Made by a program: the position numbers and the translations under genes. From a virus: a stretch of DNA of 64,000 nucleotides. The stretch lies in IMG/VR virus record IMGVR_UViG_3300021406_000010, positions 64,001 through 128,000 of that record; one strand, written 5' to 3'. Shown in pieces: positions 19,696 to 29,354 of the stretch (its first letter is position 1; each line of letters begins with the position of its first letter). Under the pieces are notes generated by a model. It ran no database searches and was not told where the DNA came from. It saw only the letters and a program-made list of their open reading frames with translations.

Positions 19696-20580
19696 TCACT
19701 GCCAGAGCGCCCCCCTCTCCGCCCGCGCGGCGAGCGACGACAGCTCGTAGCGCCGCAGGAAGCCGGTCAGGCCCCCGGTGACGGCGCCCTCCCACCTGGC
19801 AGCCTCCCAGAAGCCGTCCCCGGAGGGTACCCCTGGCTGGCGCGGCGGGTCGGCCAGCTCCATGATGTCCTTCCATGCCTCCACCGGGGCTTCCGGGTCG
19901 CCCAGCGTGGCCCTGTCCAGCGCGGGCAGCGGCCAGCGGAACCCCGACCCGGCCAGCGCCTGCACGGCGCGGGCCGGGCCGATGCCGCGCACCCCGGGAA
20001 TGCCGTCGGACGCGTCCCCCGCCAGGGCCCGTAGGCACGGCAGCAGGCGGGGGTGCGCGCGCCACCTGCGCTCGACGTCCACGTCCCGGTCCGGCGGGAC
20101 GCCCCGCAGCGTGGCGCGCTCAGTGCGGCCGTCAAGCAGCTGCAGCAGGTCATCGTCGCAGGACCAGATGACGATGCGCTCGCCGGGCAGGCCCCGGGAG
20201 GCAGCCCGCCACAGGGCCGCGATCACGTCATCGGCCTCAAACCCGGGCACCGTCACCTGGGGGATCCCGGCGGCATCGACCAGCTCGCGGGCCTGGGCCT
20301 CCTCCAGGCCGCCATCGCGCGCCCGGGGGCGACGGCCCCGCTTGTACGGCCCCCACAGGGACCGGCGCCAGTCCAGGCCGCCGGGGCCGTCCCACGCGAC
20401 CACGACCCGGCCAGGGCGCGTCTCGCGCACCCGCGCGGCCAGGGTCCCGGCGAGCATCATCAAGGTGGCGGTGGGCGTCCCGTCAGCGGCATGAAGCCCG
20501 CTGCCCCGCGCGGCGCGGCTGCACCTGACGAGCAGCCCGGTCCCGTCCGCCAGCAGGACGGGGCCGTCAGGCGCGGGCAC
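19696..20580 (-). CDS. 5'-3' exonuclease / flap endonuclease (PolA N-terminal-like)
   Basis: LADG, VAWDG, FEADDVIA, DDDLLQL, GDASDGIPGVRGIG. Confidence 0.9.
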   Translation of the reverse strand: MPAPDGPVLLADGTGLLVRCSRAARGSGLHAADGTPTATLMMLAGTLAARVRETRPGRVVVAWDGPGGLDWRRSLWGPYKRGRRPRARDGGLEEAQARELVDAAGIPQVTVPGFEADDVIAALWRAASRGLPGERIVIWSCDDDLLQLLDGRTERATLRGVPPDRDVDVERRWRAHPRLLPCLRALAGDASDGIPGVRGIGPARAVQALAGSGFRWPLPALDRATLGDPEAPVEAWKDIMELADPPRQPGVPSGDGFWEAARWEGAVTGGLTGFLRRYELSSLAARAERGALWQ

Positions 20581-21007
20581 CGCTGGCCTGCCGCGCCGCT
20601 GGCGCGTCCTCGCCGAGGCCGTACAGGATGGTGACGGCCCTGACCACGCCGAGGACCTCCTCCAGCCGCTGGTCCGCCGCCGTCCTGGCATCCGGCCCCG
20701 TGCCGTGGAAGGCGCCGAGGGCATGCAGGCTCCGGGCCATCGGCTCGATGTCGGCAAGCGAGAACAGCCGGGCGGAATCTGCCTTGTCGGGGTCGGAGCG
20801 GAGGAACTCCATCGGGGTGCCGTCAGGGCTGACGAACCAGGTCAGCGGGTGATCAGGATCCGGGGAAAGCTTGCCGCGCAGCCAGGAGGCGCTCTTGCCG
20901 AAGAACGTGCGGGCGGCCTCGTCCACCCGCCACACGGGCGTCTGCTTGCGGTGCCAGTCCCGGCTGGCGATCGCTTCCCTCGTCACGATCGGCTGGCGCA
21001 CTGCCAT
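20567..21007 (-). CDS. MerR/excisionase-like HTH DNA-binding protein
   Basis: VDEAARTFFGKSASWLR...RLFSLADIE. Confidence 0.6.
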   Translation of the reverse strand: MAVRQPIVTREAIASRDWHRKQTPVWRVDEAARTFFGKSASWLRGKLSPDPDHPLTWFVSPDGTPMEFLRSDPDKADSARLFSLADIEPMARSLHALGAFHGTGPDARTAADQRLEEVLGVVRAVTILYGLGEDAPAARQASGARA

Positions 21008-21087
21008 CTGTCCCTGTCCTCCTCAGTCAGCGGCGCGGCCCCGCCGGTTGCCTCCCGGGGGCCGCGCCGTCTCTCGCCCTCTCAGGC

Positions 21088-21816
21088 TTACTTCTTCGGT
21101 GCGTGCAGCGACGCCGTCGGCGCGCTGCGGGTGGTGATCGCCGCGAGGATCTGAAGTCCCCGCAGCGGGTGGCGCCGGATCCAGTGCGCCATCTTGACGT
21201 GGTCCAGCACCCGGACGGACCGGGTAAGCCCGTTGTACTCGGCCTGGGTGACCTTGCCGTCGGCCAGCAGCCTTAGCAGGACTGCCCCCGCCGGCTCGGC
21301 CTTGCCCTTGACGTACCTCTGCTGCCATGCGTCCTGGTAGCCCTCGACGGGCACCTCGAATGGCTTTTCCGGCTGGGCGGCGAGCAGGTGGCCCTTGCCC
21401 TTGCCGGACTCGATGACGGTGACGGGAAGGCCCGCCTCGCGGGCGAGGTGGTCCTGGTGGACTCGGATCATCTCCTGGACGGCGGTGCGCCGCTTGCCGA
21501 TCTCGTCGTTCACCGCGTCGATGGCGCTGACTTCCTCGGTCAGCGCCTTCACCTCGGCGGCCTCCAGCCGCCTTGCCTCGGTCGGGCTCACCCTCCCGAA
21601 CACCTCGGGCAGGTGGCGCAGCGCCCCGAGCAGGCCCTCGGTCAGCGGGACCTGCTCGACGGGGTCAGGCGCCGGGGGAACCTCGGGGGCCGCCGCCGGG
21701 CGGGCGAGAAGGTCGGCGAGCTTCTCGATGGTCCAGGGCTTGTCTCCCTGGACCATCGACAGGACGCCGGGGGCTACTGCCTGGTCGAGGGCAGTGCTCG
21801 CGGTCGCTTCAGTCAT
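21088..21816 (-). CDS. Hypothetical phage protein
   Basis: GAAGGAAG RBS with the promoter motif upstream. Confidence 0.65.
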   Translation of the reverse strand: MTEATASTALDQAVAPGVLSMVQGDKPWTIEKLADLLARPAAAPEVPPAPDPVEQVPLTEGLLGALRHLPEVFGRVSPTEARRLEAAEVKALTEEVSAIDAVNDEIGKRRTAVQEMIRVHQDHLAREAGLPVTVIESGKGKGHLLAAQPEKPFEVPVEGYQDAWQQRYVKGKAEPAGAVLLRLLADGKVTQAEYNGLTRSVRVLDHVKMAHWIRRHPLRGLQILAAITTRSAPTASLHAPKK

Positions 21817-21888
21817 GATGCTTCCTTCGGGTCGGGTGTTGCTGTCGTGCCGATGATAGCAAGAAAACCTGCTATCAGGCAACCAGGG

Positions 21889-23661
21889 CTAGTCGTCCCC
21901 GCCGGGGTCGACGTTCCAGGCCGGCTCGTTGCGACGGGGCTCCTCGTGCCGCCTGATGTCGTCCTCGTGGGAGGCGTAGAACTTGTCGGCCACCTCCTGC
22001 GCCACGGCGGACAGCCCGCCGATGGTGGCCGCGAACTCCTTCAGCTCCTCCGCCGGCGGATCGTTGACGGGTGCCTCCTCGACACGGGCCACGATGCCCG
22101 TGAAGTCCTCCGCGAGCCCCTCGAACAGGGCCGGGAGGCCGGCGAAGAATCCCATGATCGACGCGGCGTTGTCGAACTGGATCCCGCTGAGGACCTCGGA
22201 GACGTGGTCCTTCAGCTCCGTGAGCGCCGGTGATGGTGATGGTGCCATGTCGTGCTCCTCTGATGGTGACGGGGGCGGCGGGCGGTCACCGCCCGGTCCG
22301 TGCCCGGGGTCAGGCCGGGCCCTCCTGGACTCGTAGGTGACCTCCGGCCCGGGGTCATCCACTGGCGATGTTAGCAAGGAAAGCCTCATCCCGCGAACAA
22401 GCCGGAACAGCCGGCGCAGGCGGTGCTTCCACCTGCGGTACAGGCGCCCGACCAGCCGGACCAGCCGGAAGTCCCCGTTCCCGCCGGCCCGCCAGGTCAT
22501 CAGCTCCGGGTCCGGGCGCGGCGGCGAGGGCCGGAACCGGAGCCTCGGGCACGGGATGGCGCCCCGCCGGCGCCACGACCACCGCAGCCCGCGAGCGCCT
22601 CCCCGGGCGGCACCGCGAGCCGCCGTCCAGGGCAGCCTGCGCCACCGCACCCTCGCCGCCCCCCTCCTGGCCCAGTAGAGCGGGGACAGCGGGGGGACCC
22701 ACCCCAGGCCGCGCGGGCGCGGCGGGCGGCCGGGCATGCCACCCCGGCCGCCAGGCGGGCGGAACGCCGCCCCGGAGCGGGAGGCGCCCCGGGACCGGGC
22801 GCCGCCAGCCCGGGGCACGCCGCCTGGGCGGCGCCCGGTCCCGCCGGGATGGCGGCTCCCCCCGCCGGGGATGCCCCGGGACCGCCCGGCCGCCATCCCC
22901 GGGAGGCGGAATGACGACGGGCGGGACCCTCCGGGCATCCTGCCCCGCGCCGGGGCGCCCCAGCCGGGCACCCCGGAGAGGCGCGCCCCGCGAGCGGAAC
23001 CGCGCGAGGGACTCGCCCCGGCGCGGGGACGCGCGCCCCCCGGCCAGGGCAGGTGCATGCCCCACGGGCGCAGGCTTCCCGCGCGAAACGGGTGCGCACT
23101 CCCCGTGCGGAATGAGTGGCCGCCTCCTGCACGGGAGAGCGCCGCGCCCCCTGTGCGGAAGAAACGTGCACCCCCCGCACGGGAAGAGGCCGCACCCCCT
23201 GTGCGCACCCCCCTGTGCGCACCCCCGTGCGCGGCGCTACCCCCCGGGGGTAGCGCGCCCCCCGGGCCGCGCCGGCGCGAGCTGCCCGCACCCCCGGAGA
23301 ACCGCGCCGGCGCGCTCTGGGCGGCCATGCGCAGCCAGGGCACGCGCCGCGCGATGCGGGGCGCGCCGCTCATCAGCGCACGCGCCAGCGAAGCGCCCCC
23401 CTGGCGCACCCCCCGGGGGCCGCGCCGGCGCGGCATGCCGCCGCCTCGCCAGTTCCGGGGGTGCAGCCGGCGCAGTACCGCGCCGGCGCGGCGCAGCCTG
23501 CGCCGCACGTGCCGCAGGACGCGGGGCGACACCGCGACGCCGCCGCCCGCTGCCAGGCCAGCCCCCCAGCCGGCCAGCCGCGCGGTGCCTGCCGCCGCCA
23601 GGATGGCCAGGAAGACCACGATGGCGGCCCTCCTGGCCCGGACGGCGTCCCACTTACCCAC
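21889..23661 (-). CDS. Membrane-anchored Arg/Gly-rich protein with a plasmid TraA-like helical C-terminal domain
   Basis: N-terminal TM helices, low-complexity middle, C-terminal HEDDIRRHEEPRRNEPAWNV; internal starts at 22362 and 22248. Confidence 0.55.
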   Translation of the reverse strand: MGKWDAVRARRAAIVVFLAILAAAGTARLAGWGAGLAAGGGVAVSPRVLRHVRRRLRRAGAVLRRLHPRNWRGGGMPRRRGPRGVRQGGASLARALMSGAPRIARRVPWLRMAAQSAPARFSGGAGSSRRRGPGGALPPGGSAAHGGAHRGVRTGGAASSRAGGARFFRTGGAALSRAGGGHSFRTGSAHPFRAGSLRPWGMHLPWPGGARPRAGASPSRGSARGARLSGVPGWGAPARGRMPGGSRPSSFRLPGMAAGRSRGIPGGGSRHPGGTGRRPGGVPRAGGARSRGASRSGAAFRPPGGRGGMPGRPPRPRGLGWVPPLSPLYWARRGAARVRWRRLPWTAARGAARGGARGLRWSWRRRGAIPCPRLRFRPSPPRPDPELMTWRAGGNGDFRLVRLVGRLYRRWKHRLRRLFRLVRGMRLSLLTSPVDDPGPEVTYESRRARPDPGHGPGGDRPPPPSPSEEHDMAPSPSPALTELKDHVSEVLSGIQFDNAASIMGFFAGLPALFEGLAEDFTGIVARVEEAPVNDPPAEELKEFAATIGGLSAVAQEVADKFYASHEDDIRRHEEPRRNEPAWNVDPGGDD

Positions 23662-24769
23662 GAGCGCCCGCTCCTCCCGGGAGCTGGCCGGCCGGGGCGG
23701 CGATCAGCCCTGGCTGGCGTCCTGCCCTGGCCAGCCGGGGAGTGGCCCGGCGCTCTTCCAGCAGCGTCCGCGCGACGCGGCGCCGGTCCCTCCCCGTCGG
23801 GTCCAGCTCCCGGGACAGCTGGTTGATGGACGGCAGCCTGGATTCGGGCAGCCCGGCCAGGCGCTGCCGGGCCCCCTCAATGACCTCCTCCGCAAGGGCG
23901 GGAGCAGTCATGGACGGCACGGCGTGCAGGGTCGCGGAGCCGCGCACGACCTGGGGGTGCACAGGCGGCGCGCTCTCTTCCTGCACAGGGGGTGCGCCGT
24001 CCCCGTGCACAGGGAGTGCGCTCTCCTTGGCGCGGGGGGTGCGAACGGGGGGTGCGGCCTCCTCCTGCGCGGGGTGCACAGGGGGTGCGCCATCGGGCAG
24101 CGCGGGGGGTGCGGCGCTCGCCTGCACAGGGGGTGCGGGGATCTCGCGCACGGGAGGCGCGCTGTGCACCGTGCGCAGGGCGCGCGCACGGCCGGCGCGG
24201 CGCTCGTCGACCCAGGCGATCGCGCGGGCGGGGCTGCTCTCCCCGACCCAGGCGGCATGGGAGGTAGCGCGCAGCGAGAGCAGCGGGTGCCACATCCAGC
24301 GCGCCGGGCCAAGCCGCACGGCGTGCTCCTCGACCAGGCCGAGCTCCATCAGGCGGTCGCGGCTGACACGCCGGGAGTGGATGCCCCATAGCCAGGGGGA
24401 TAGGGCGCTCATCATGAGCATCCCGACCGCCATCACGGTCGGGCGCCAGTGCACGGCGGCGAAGTGGCTGTAGTTCATTGCGCCTATGACCAGGCCGAAC
24501 GCGTAGCTGGCCAGCCGCAGCCGCATCGAGGAGTCGTTCTTCATCTGCGCCGCGTGGGCGTGAAAGGCCAGGTAGACGGCGATGGACTCCAGGGCCAGGG
24601 CGACGAGGACCTGGCCCCCGACCGGCCAGGGCACGTGCTGGCGCAGGTAGGCGAGCTGCCCGATGAACGCCGTGGCGTTCACCAGCACGACGGGAACGGC
24701 GGCGGTGACGGCCAGCGCGCGGCTGCCAGCGGGCGCGGCCGGGCGATCCGCCAGTCCGGTAGGTGTCAC
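23654..24769 (-). CDS. Spd/DUF2637-like multi-pass membrane protein of actinomycete plasmids/AICEs
   Basis: Four TM helices, APPV repeats, C-terminal HTH-like PSINQLSREL. Confidence 0.6.
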   Translation of the reverse strand: MTPTGLADRPAAPAGSRALAVTAAVPVVLVNATAFIGQLAYLRQHVPWPVGGQVLVALALESIAVYLAFHAHAAQMKNDSSMRLRLASYAFGLVIGAMNYSHFAAVHWRPTVMAVGMLMMSALSPWLWGIHSRRVSRDRLMELGLVEEHAVRLGPARWMWHPLLSLRATSHAAWVGESSPARAIAWVDERRAGRARALRTVHSAPPVREIPAPPVQASAAPPALPDGAPPVHPAQEEAAPPVRTPRAKESALPVHGDGAPPVQEESAPPVHPQVVRGSATLHAVPSMTAPALAEEVIEGARQRLAGLPESRLPSINQLSRELDPTGRDRRRVARTLLEERRATPRLARAGRQPGLIAAPAGQLPGGAGARG

Positions 24770-24902
24770 GGGGAGCCTCCTCGGGGGAGCGGTAAGTTGC
24801 CCTACAATACCAAGAAAGCCTGTATTCGGTACACTGGCCCTGGGGGGCCGTGGGTGACGGCAGGGTCACACGTCACACTTTTCGCCCCCTGGCCTGCGGA
24901 AA

Positions 24903-24975
24903 CGTGAAGTGTGACCCTCGCGGGGTGTGATCCTGGCATGGCAAGGATCATTGCCCGCGAGGGTCACACTTCACG
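24903..24975. promoter_or_regulatory. Perfect 22-bp inverted repeat within TCACAC repeats, between divergent transfer genes
   Basis: CGTGAAGTGTGACCCTCGCGGG (24903-24924) and its reverse complement (24954-24975). Confidence 0.8.
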
Positions 24976-25025
24976 GCCCGCAACTCACACTCCGCTGGCA
25001 AGGAAAGCTAACATTGGAACTCGTG

Positions 25026-27086
25026 ATGGATCACATGGATCACAGTGCGCGCGTGCGGGTCGTCACCTCCCGCGCGGACCCGGGCGCGGGACAGCCCGTC
25101 GCGGCAATGACGCCGCCCGGCGCCGCGCCGCCGCACAGGGCGAGGGCATGGGCGCACGCGGCCGAGACCGCCTTCGCCGCCGCGCTGGCCGTCACCGCCG
25201 CCACGGTCATCGCGCCGCGCGCCGGGGCCCCCGGCTGGGCGGTCCCGCTGGTCTCCGAGCTGACCGGTCTCGTCATCGCGGTCATCGCGCGCAGCCAGCG
25301 GCGCAGCGCGCTGGCAGGCTGCTGCGCCGCGATGGGAACGTTCCTCGCCACGTGGGGAGGTCTGGCCGGAGCCGACCCGTGGCGGTCCCCGCTGCTGATC
25401 GCCTGGCTGGCCGGGATGGCGGTCCTGGTGCCCGCCGTCGCCAGCGTCGCCCGCCGCCGGGACCGCGACCCGGAGCCGGCCATCACGCCGCCCACCCCGG
25501 AGGACGAGCACGACGCCGAGATGCGCAAGTTCGAAGCCATGCTCGCCGACCACGGGTGCGAGGTCCGGGTGCTCACCCTGTCCGAGGGACGGGCAGGGCG
25601 GGTGCTGCAGCTGGAGCTGCCCCTGTCGGGGAAGGTGACCCTGGGCCACCTGGAGTCGATCGCCGTCAACATCGGCGTCAGCCTGCGGCTGCGCCACGGG
25701 GCGGTCGAGTTCGCGGCGGGCGCCCACTCCGGCCTGGTGACCATGAGGCTCCGGGAGCGCAACGTCCTCGCCGAGGTCCCCGTGCTGACGCCCGAGCTGC
25801 GGGCCAGGACGGTGAACAGGCCCTTCGCCGTCGGCATCAGGGAGGACGGCCCGCCGCACTGCATCACGGTGCGGGAGCTGAACTGGCTCGTCGTCGGGAC
25901 CCTGGGGGCAGGCAAGTCGACGTTCCTCAACACGGTCATCCTCCAGCTGGCGTCCTGCCCGGACGCGGTCCTGTGGGGCATCGACCTGAAGGGCGGCCGG
26001 ACGATGAGGGCCTGGCTGCAGGCGTGGGCCGAGGGGAAGGCCCCCTTCCCGGCGCTCGACTGGATCGCCACCACCCGGGCGGAGGCGAACCTCATGACCA
26101 TCGCCTTCGAAGCAGTCTGCAACGCCCGGATGAACAGCGGCCGTGGCGGCAGCAAGATAGCCCCGAACCGCAACATGCCGCAGGTCGTGCTGTTCAACGA
26201 GGAGGCATCCTACCTGTACTCGACCGACCGGGGGACCCGCAAGGAGCTGATCATGGAGCTGGGCGAGGAGGAGGGCGCGAAGGCCACGTCGAACACGGAA
26301 TTCATCGCGCGGGCCAAGCGCACCAACCCGGGAACCCGGTCGGAGGCGGCGACCTACTTCTGGGCCACCCAGCGGGGGACCGCGTCGATGGGCGGCAGCG
26401 CCGACCTCAAGGCCCTCACCCGGGGCCGGGTCGCCCTCGGCGTGACCACTGAGGGCGAGCTGCAGCACGTCATCCCGGGAGTGCGGGCCGGCCGCAAGAC
26501 GCTGGTGGCGCTGGGCGCCCCCGGGGTGGGGATGACCGCCGTCGGCACCGACAGCAGCGGCCTGGTGAAGTTCTTCCCCACCGACCACGTCGCTGGACAG
26601 TGCAGCGAGAACGGCAACGACGGCTGCGTCCCCGCCTGTCCCATCTACGCGGCCAGCATCGAGGTCGGCCCGGTCCGCCCCCCGCTGGACGAGGTTACGG
26701 CCGCCGGGGTGGAGGAAGCGCTGGCCGCCGCCGGGCACCCGGGCGCGTACGCCCGCCGCTGGGACCGGGCCGCCGCGATCCTCGGCCCGATGGCCGCCGG
26801 CCGGAGCGAGTCGCCCGGGAGCGCGGACAGGGCGCGCGAGGTGGCCAGCCGGGCCCCGGAGCGGGTGCACCCGGCCAGGATCCGGGCCCGGAACATCCTC
26901 GCCTCCCGGGGGGTGGAAGGCGGGACCACCAAGTACCTGATGGACCGGATCAGGGACGAGGGCATCCCGCTGGTAGAGCGCGAGACCTTCCAGCGGTGGC
27001 TCGCCGCCGATGACGAGGCGGGCATCATCCACCACGCGAGGTTCAACCGGTGGGTGACCGGCCCGGCACCGGAGAAGAAGGACTAG
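25026..27086 (+). CDS. TraB/FtsK-SpoIIIE-like DNA translocase
   Basis: N-terminal TM helices, Walker A GTLGAGKS, WGIDLKGG, Walker B VVLFNEE, ATQRG, C-terminal wHTH. Confidence 0.85.
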   Translation: MDHMDHSARVRVVTSRADPGAGQPVAAMTPPGAAPPHRARAWAHAAETAFAAALAVTAATVIAPRAGAPGWAVPLVSELTGLVIAVIARSQRRSALAGCCAAMGTFLATWGGLAGADPWRSPLLIAWLAGMAVLVPAVASVARRRDRDPEPAITPPTPEDEHDAEMRKFEAMLADHGCEVRVLTLSEGRAGRVLQLELPLSGKVTLGHLESIAVNIGVSLRLRHGAVEFAAGAHSGLVTMRLRERNVLAEVPVLTPELRARTVNRPFAVGIREDGPPHCITVRELNWLVVGTLGAGKSTFLNTVILQLASCPDAVLWGIDLKGGRTMRAWLQAWAEGKAPFPALDWIATTRAEANLMTIAFEAVCNARMNSGRGGSKIAPNRNMPQVVLFNEEASYLYSTDRGTRKELIMELGEEEGAKATSNTEFIARAKRTNPGTRSEAATYFWATQRGTASMGGSADLKALTRGRVALGVTTEGELQHVIPGVRAGRKTLVALGAPGVGMTAVGTDSSGLVKFFPTDHVAGQCSENGNDGCVPACPIYAASIEVGPVRPPLDEVTAAGVEEALAAAGHPGAYARRWDRAAAILGPMAAGRSESPGSADRAREVASRAPERVHPARIRARNILASRGVEGGTTKYLMDRIRDEGIPLVERETFQRWLAADDEAGIIHHARFNRWVTGPAPEKKD

Positions 27087-27754
27087 GACGGCGGCGGGAC
27101 CGCCGCCGCGACGGCCCGGTCAACGTCATCCTCGAGGGGGCCGCGCTCTTCCTCCCCCGCCACCAGCTGGCCGGTCAGGTCATGGATGGCGGAAAGCCGC
27201 CGCAGGGTGTCGGCGTGCCGGCCCGCGATGGCCTCCAGGCGGCGCCCGGCGACCTCGCTGACCGCCGTGGCGCGGGCGGTCGCCTCGTCGGTCACCCTCT
27301 TCGCCTCCTCGCGGGCGCCGGCGAGCACCACGTCCGCCTGCTGCCGCGCCCCGGCCGTAAGGGAGTCCGCCTCCCGGGCGGCCTCCGTGACCGACTGGCG
27401 GCCCCGGGCGGTGGCGTCCGCGAGGATCTTCTCCGCGTCGGCGAGCGCGGCTGCCCGGTTGCCCTCGATCTCGGCCGCCGCTGTCCGCAGCACGTCCTCG
27501 ATCAGCTGCTGGCCCTGAGGGCTCTCCGCTCCCCGCAGGAGGGCTCCCCCCGCCTCCCTGACGGCCCTGGCGGCCCGCTCCTCGGCGGCCCGGACCCTTT
27601 CCAGCAGTGCCAGGATGACGCGGTCCACCTGGCCGGGATGATAGCCGTCGGGAACCCGGTCGAAGCGGCGCGGGTCGGGGGCGAGCGCGCCCGGCGGGGG
27701 AGCCGCCGGCTGGGGGCCTGTCCGGCCTTGCCTGGGAGCGGGGGGAGTGGCCAA
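27083..27754 (-). CDS. DivIVA-like coiled-coil protein
   Basis: FDRVPDGYHPGQVDRVI matches the DivIVA F...GY...VD motif; long Ala/Glu coiled coil. Confidence 0.65.
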   Translation of the reverse strand: MATPPAPRQGRTGPQPAAPPPGALAPDPRRFDRVPDGYHPGQVDRVILALLERVRAAEERAARAVREAGGALLRGAESPQGQQLIEDVLRTAAAEIEGNRAAALADAEKILADATARGRQSVTEAAREADSLTAGARQQADVVLAGAREEAKRVTDEATARATAVSEVAGRRLEAIAGRHADTLRRLSAIHDLTGQLVAGEEERGPLEDDVDRAVAAAVPPPS

Positions 27755-27767
27755 CGGGTCCTCCTGA

Positions 27768-27956
27768 TAACGGCCCGCTGTACGTCCCGGGCTCTATCGC
27801 CGGGACCGTCACCAGCGGCCCCGGGACGACGGGGCCGCGAGGGGCGGGGGTGCTGCACTGCACCCTACCGGGGAACACCAGGATCCGCTGGGCTTGCGTG
27901 AAGCAGGCAAGGACGGGACTGGCGGCGAGGGCCGCCGACGCCAGCTGGACGGCCAT
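27768..27956 (-). CDS. Small hypothetical protein whose credible coding region ends at a TTA codon
   Basis: TGATG overlap with the upstream gene; after TTA (27770-27768) the frame runs out of phase through the DivIVA-like gene. Confidence 0.4.
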
Positions 27957-28213
27957 CAGGACGTCATCAGGCTCCCCGTCGCGACCTGCGCGGCGGTCAG
28001 CGTGTACGTCAGGTCGGCGAGGCCGTAGTCAGTGCTGCCTGACGGGACGTTCGCCAGTCCCCGGGCCACCTGGCACTGAGCGTGGCTCCCGAGCAGGTCG
28101 AACCCGGCCATGGTGACGGTGAGGGGGCCGATCACGACGGTGGAGCCGTTGGCGGTCAGGGTGGAGGAGGACGCGTTGCCGGCGTAGCTGAGGTTAGTCG
28201 GGGACTCGGCCAT
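27956..28213 (-). CDS. Hypothetical beta-rich protein
   Basis: GGAAGGAG RBS, 85 aa. Confidence 0.6.
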   Translation of the reverse strand: MAESPTNLSYAGNASSSTLTANGSTVVIGPLTVTMAGFDLLGSHAQCQVARGLANVPSGSTDYGLADLTYTLTAAQVATGSLMTS

Positions 28214-28227
28214 TCAGGCTCCTTCCG

Positions 28228-28488
28228 TCACGCCTTCCGGGGCAGGCCGTAGCGCTCCCTCACCGCCTGGTACTCCGGGGTGCCGATATACCAGGCGACC
28301 ACCTCACTGGCCACGTCTCCCTCGTCGCGCCCGGTCAGGAGGATGTAGGCCTGCTTCAGCCCGTCGTACCTGCCCACAGCCTGAGCGCTCCTGTCGGGGT
28401 CGGATCCGTATGGCTCGGCGTCCATAGCCGCGTAGGCGGCCTTCAGCTCCCGCATCAGTGCCACGGCTGCGCTCTTCCTCGTCCTCAT
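28228..28488 (-). CDS. Hypothetical protein, leaderless
   Basis: Promoter motif with TATCGT 6 nt before the ATG. Confidence 0.65.
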   Translation of the reverse strand: MRTRKSAAVALMRELKAAYAAMDAEPYGSDPDRSAQAVGRYDGLKQAYILLTGRDEGDVASEVVAWYIGTPEYQAVRERYGLPRKA

Positions 28489-28529
28489 GGCAGCACGATA
28501 TCAAGAAAGCCTGTATTGAGATAGCCTGG

Positions 28530-29354
28530 TCAAGAGACGGGGTCCGCGATCGGGACCGCGACCACGTCGTGCGAGCCGCAGGTGCGGCACTGGAAGACCG
28601 CTCCGCTGCCGTGGTTCCCCTGCCGGAGCTGCAGGTTCGACAGGCTGTTGTCGTGCTTCTTCCTGTTGTCCTTGTGGTGAACCGTTTCGTAGTCAGTAAG
28701 CGGGCGGCCAAGGGCCTTGGCCATCACCAGGCGGTGCTGCATCACGTAGCCGTTGACGCCCGGCGGGCACAGCAGGGCTTCCTCCGGCGAGGGCATGACC
28801 ATGGTGTATCCCTCGACGATCCTGATCCCTCCCTTCCAGTTGTGGTGGTCCTCCCTGGCCCTGTACCGGTTTGACCTGGTGTCCACCCCGGCTCGCCGCA
28901 GGGTCCCCCTGATCGTGATCGGGTTACCGCCGTGCTTCCTGGCTAGTTCGGCTAGGGAGGTCCCGGCCTTGAACTCCTCTGCCAAGACAGCAGTCTGCTC
29001 CTCGGTAAAGCGGTGGTGCTTGCCTCCCAGGCGGGGCGTGATCCCGGCCTCGCGCAGCACCAGGGAGACGGTGGTGTCCCTGGCGTGGACCAGGGCGGCG
29101 GTGTTCTTGACGCTAGTGCCCTCGTGCCAGAGCCGGATGATCTCGGCCCGGTTCTCCGGGGTGTCGTGCCAGTTGTACTCGGCACTGGGACGGCCCCGGC
29201 GTTCGATTCCCAGGCGCTTGAGGGCTGCGATGACCGGCACGGGAGAGGTCCCGTAAATGTCGGCGACCTGCTGAAGCGTCTTGCCGGCCTGATAGTGGCA
29301 GGCAATCTCGGCGTCCTGCTCGGGTGTGAAGAGTGGTTTTTTCCCTCTTGGCAT
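28530..29354 (-). mobile_element. HNH endonuclease with three N-terminal HTH repeats
   Basis: HHNWKGG, GYVMQHRLVM, ETVHHKDNRKKHDNSLSNL; lower-GC upstream flank. Confidence 0.88.
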
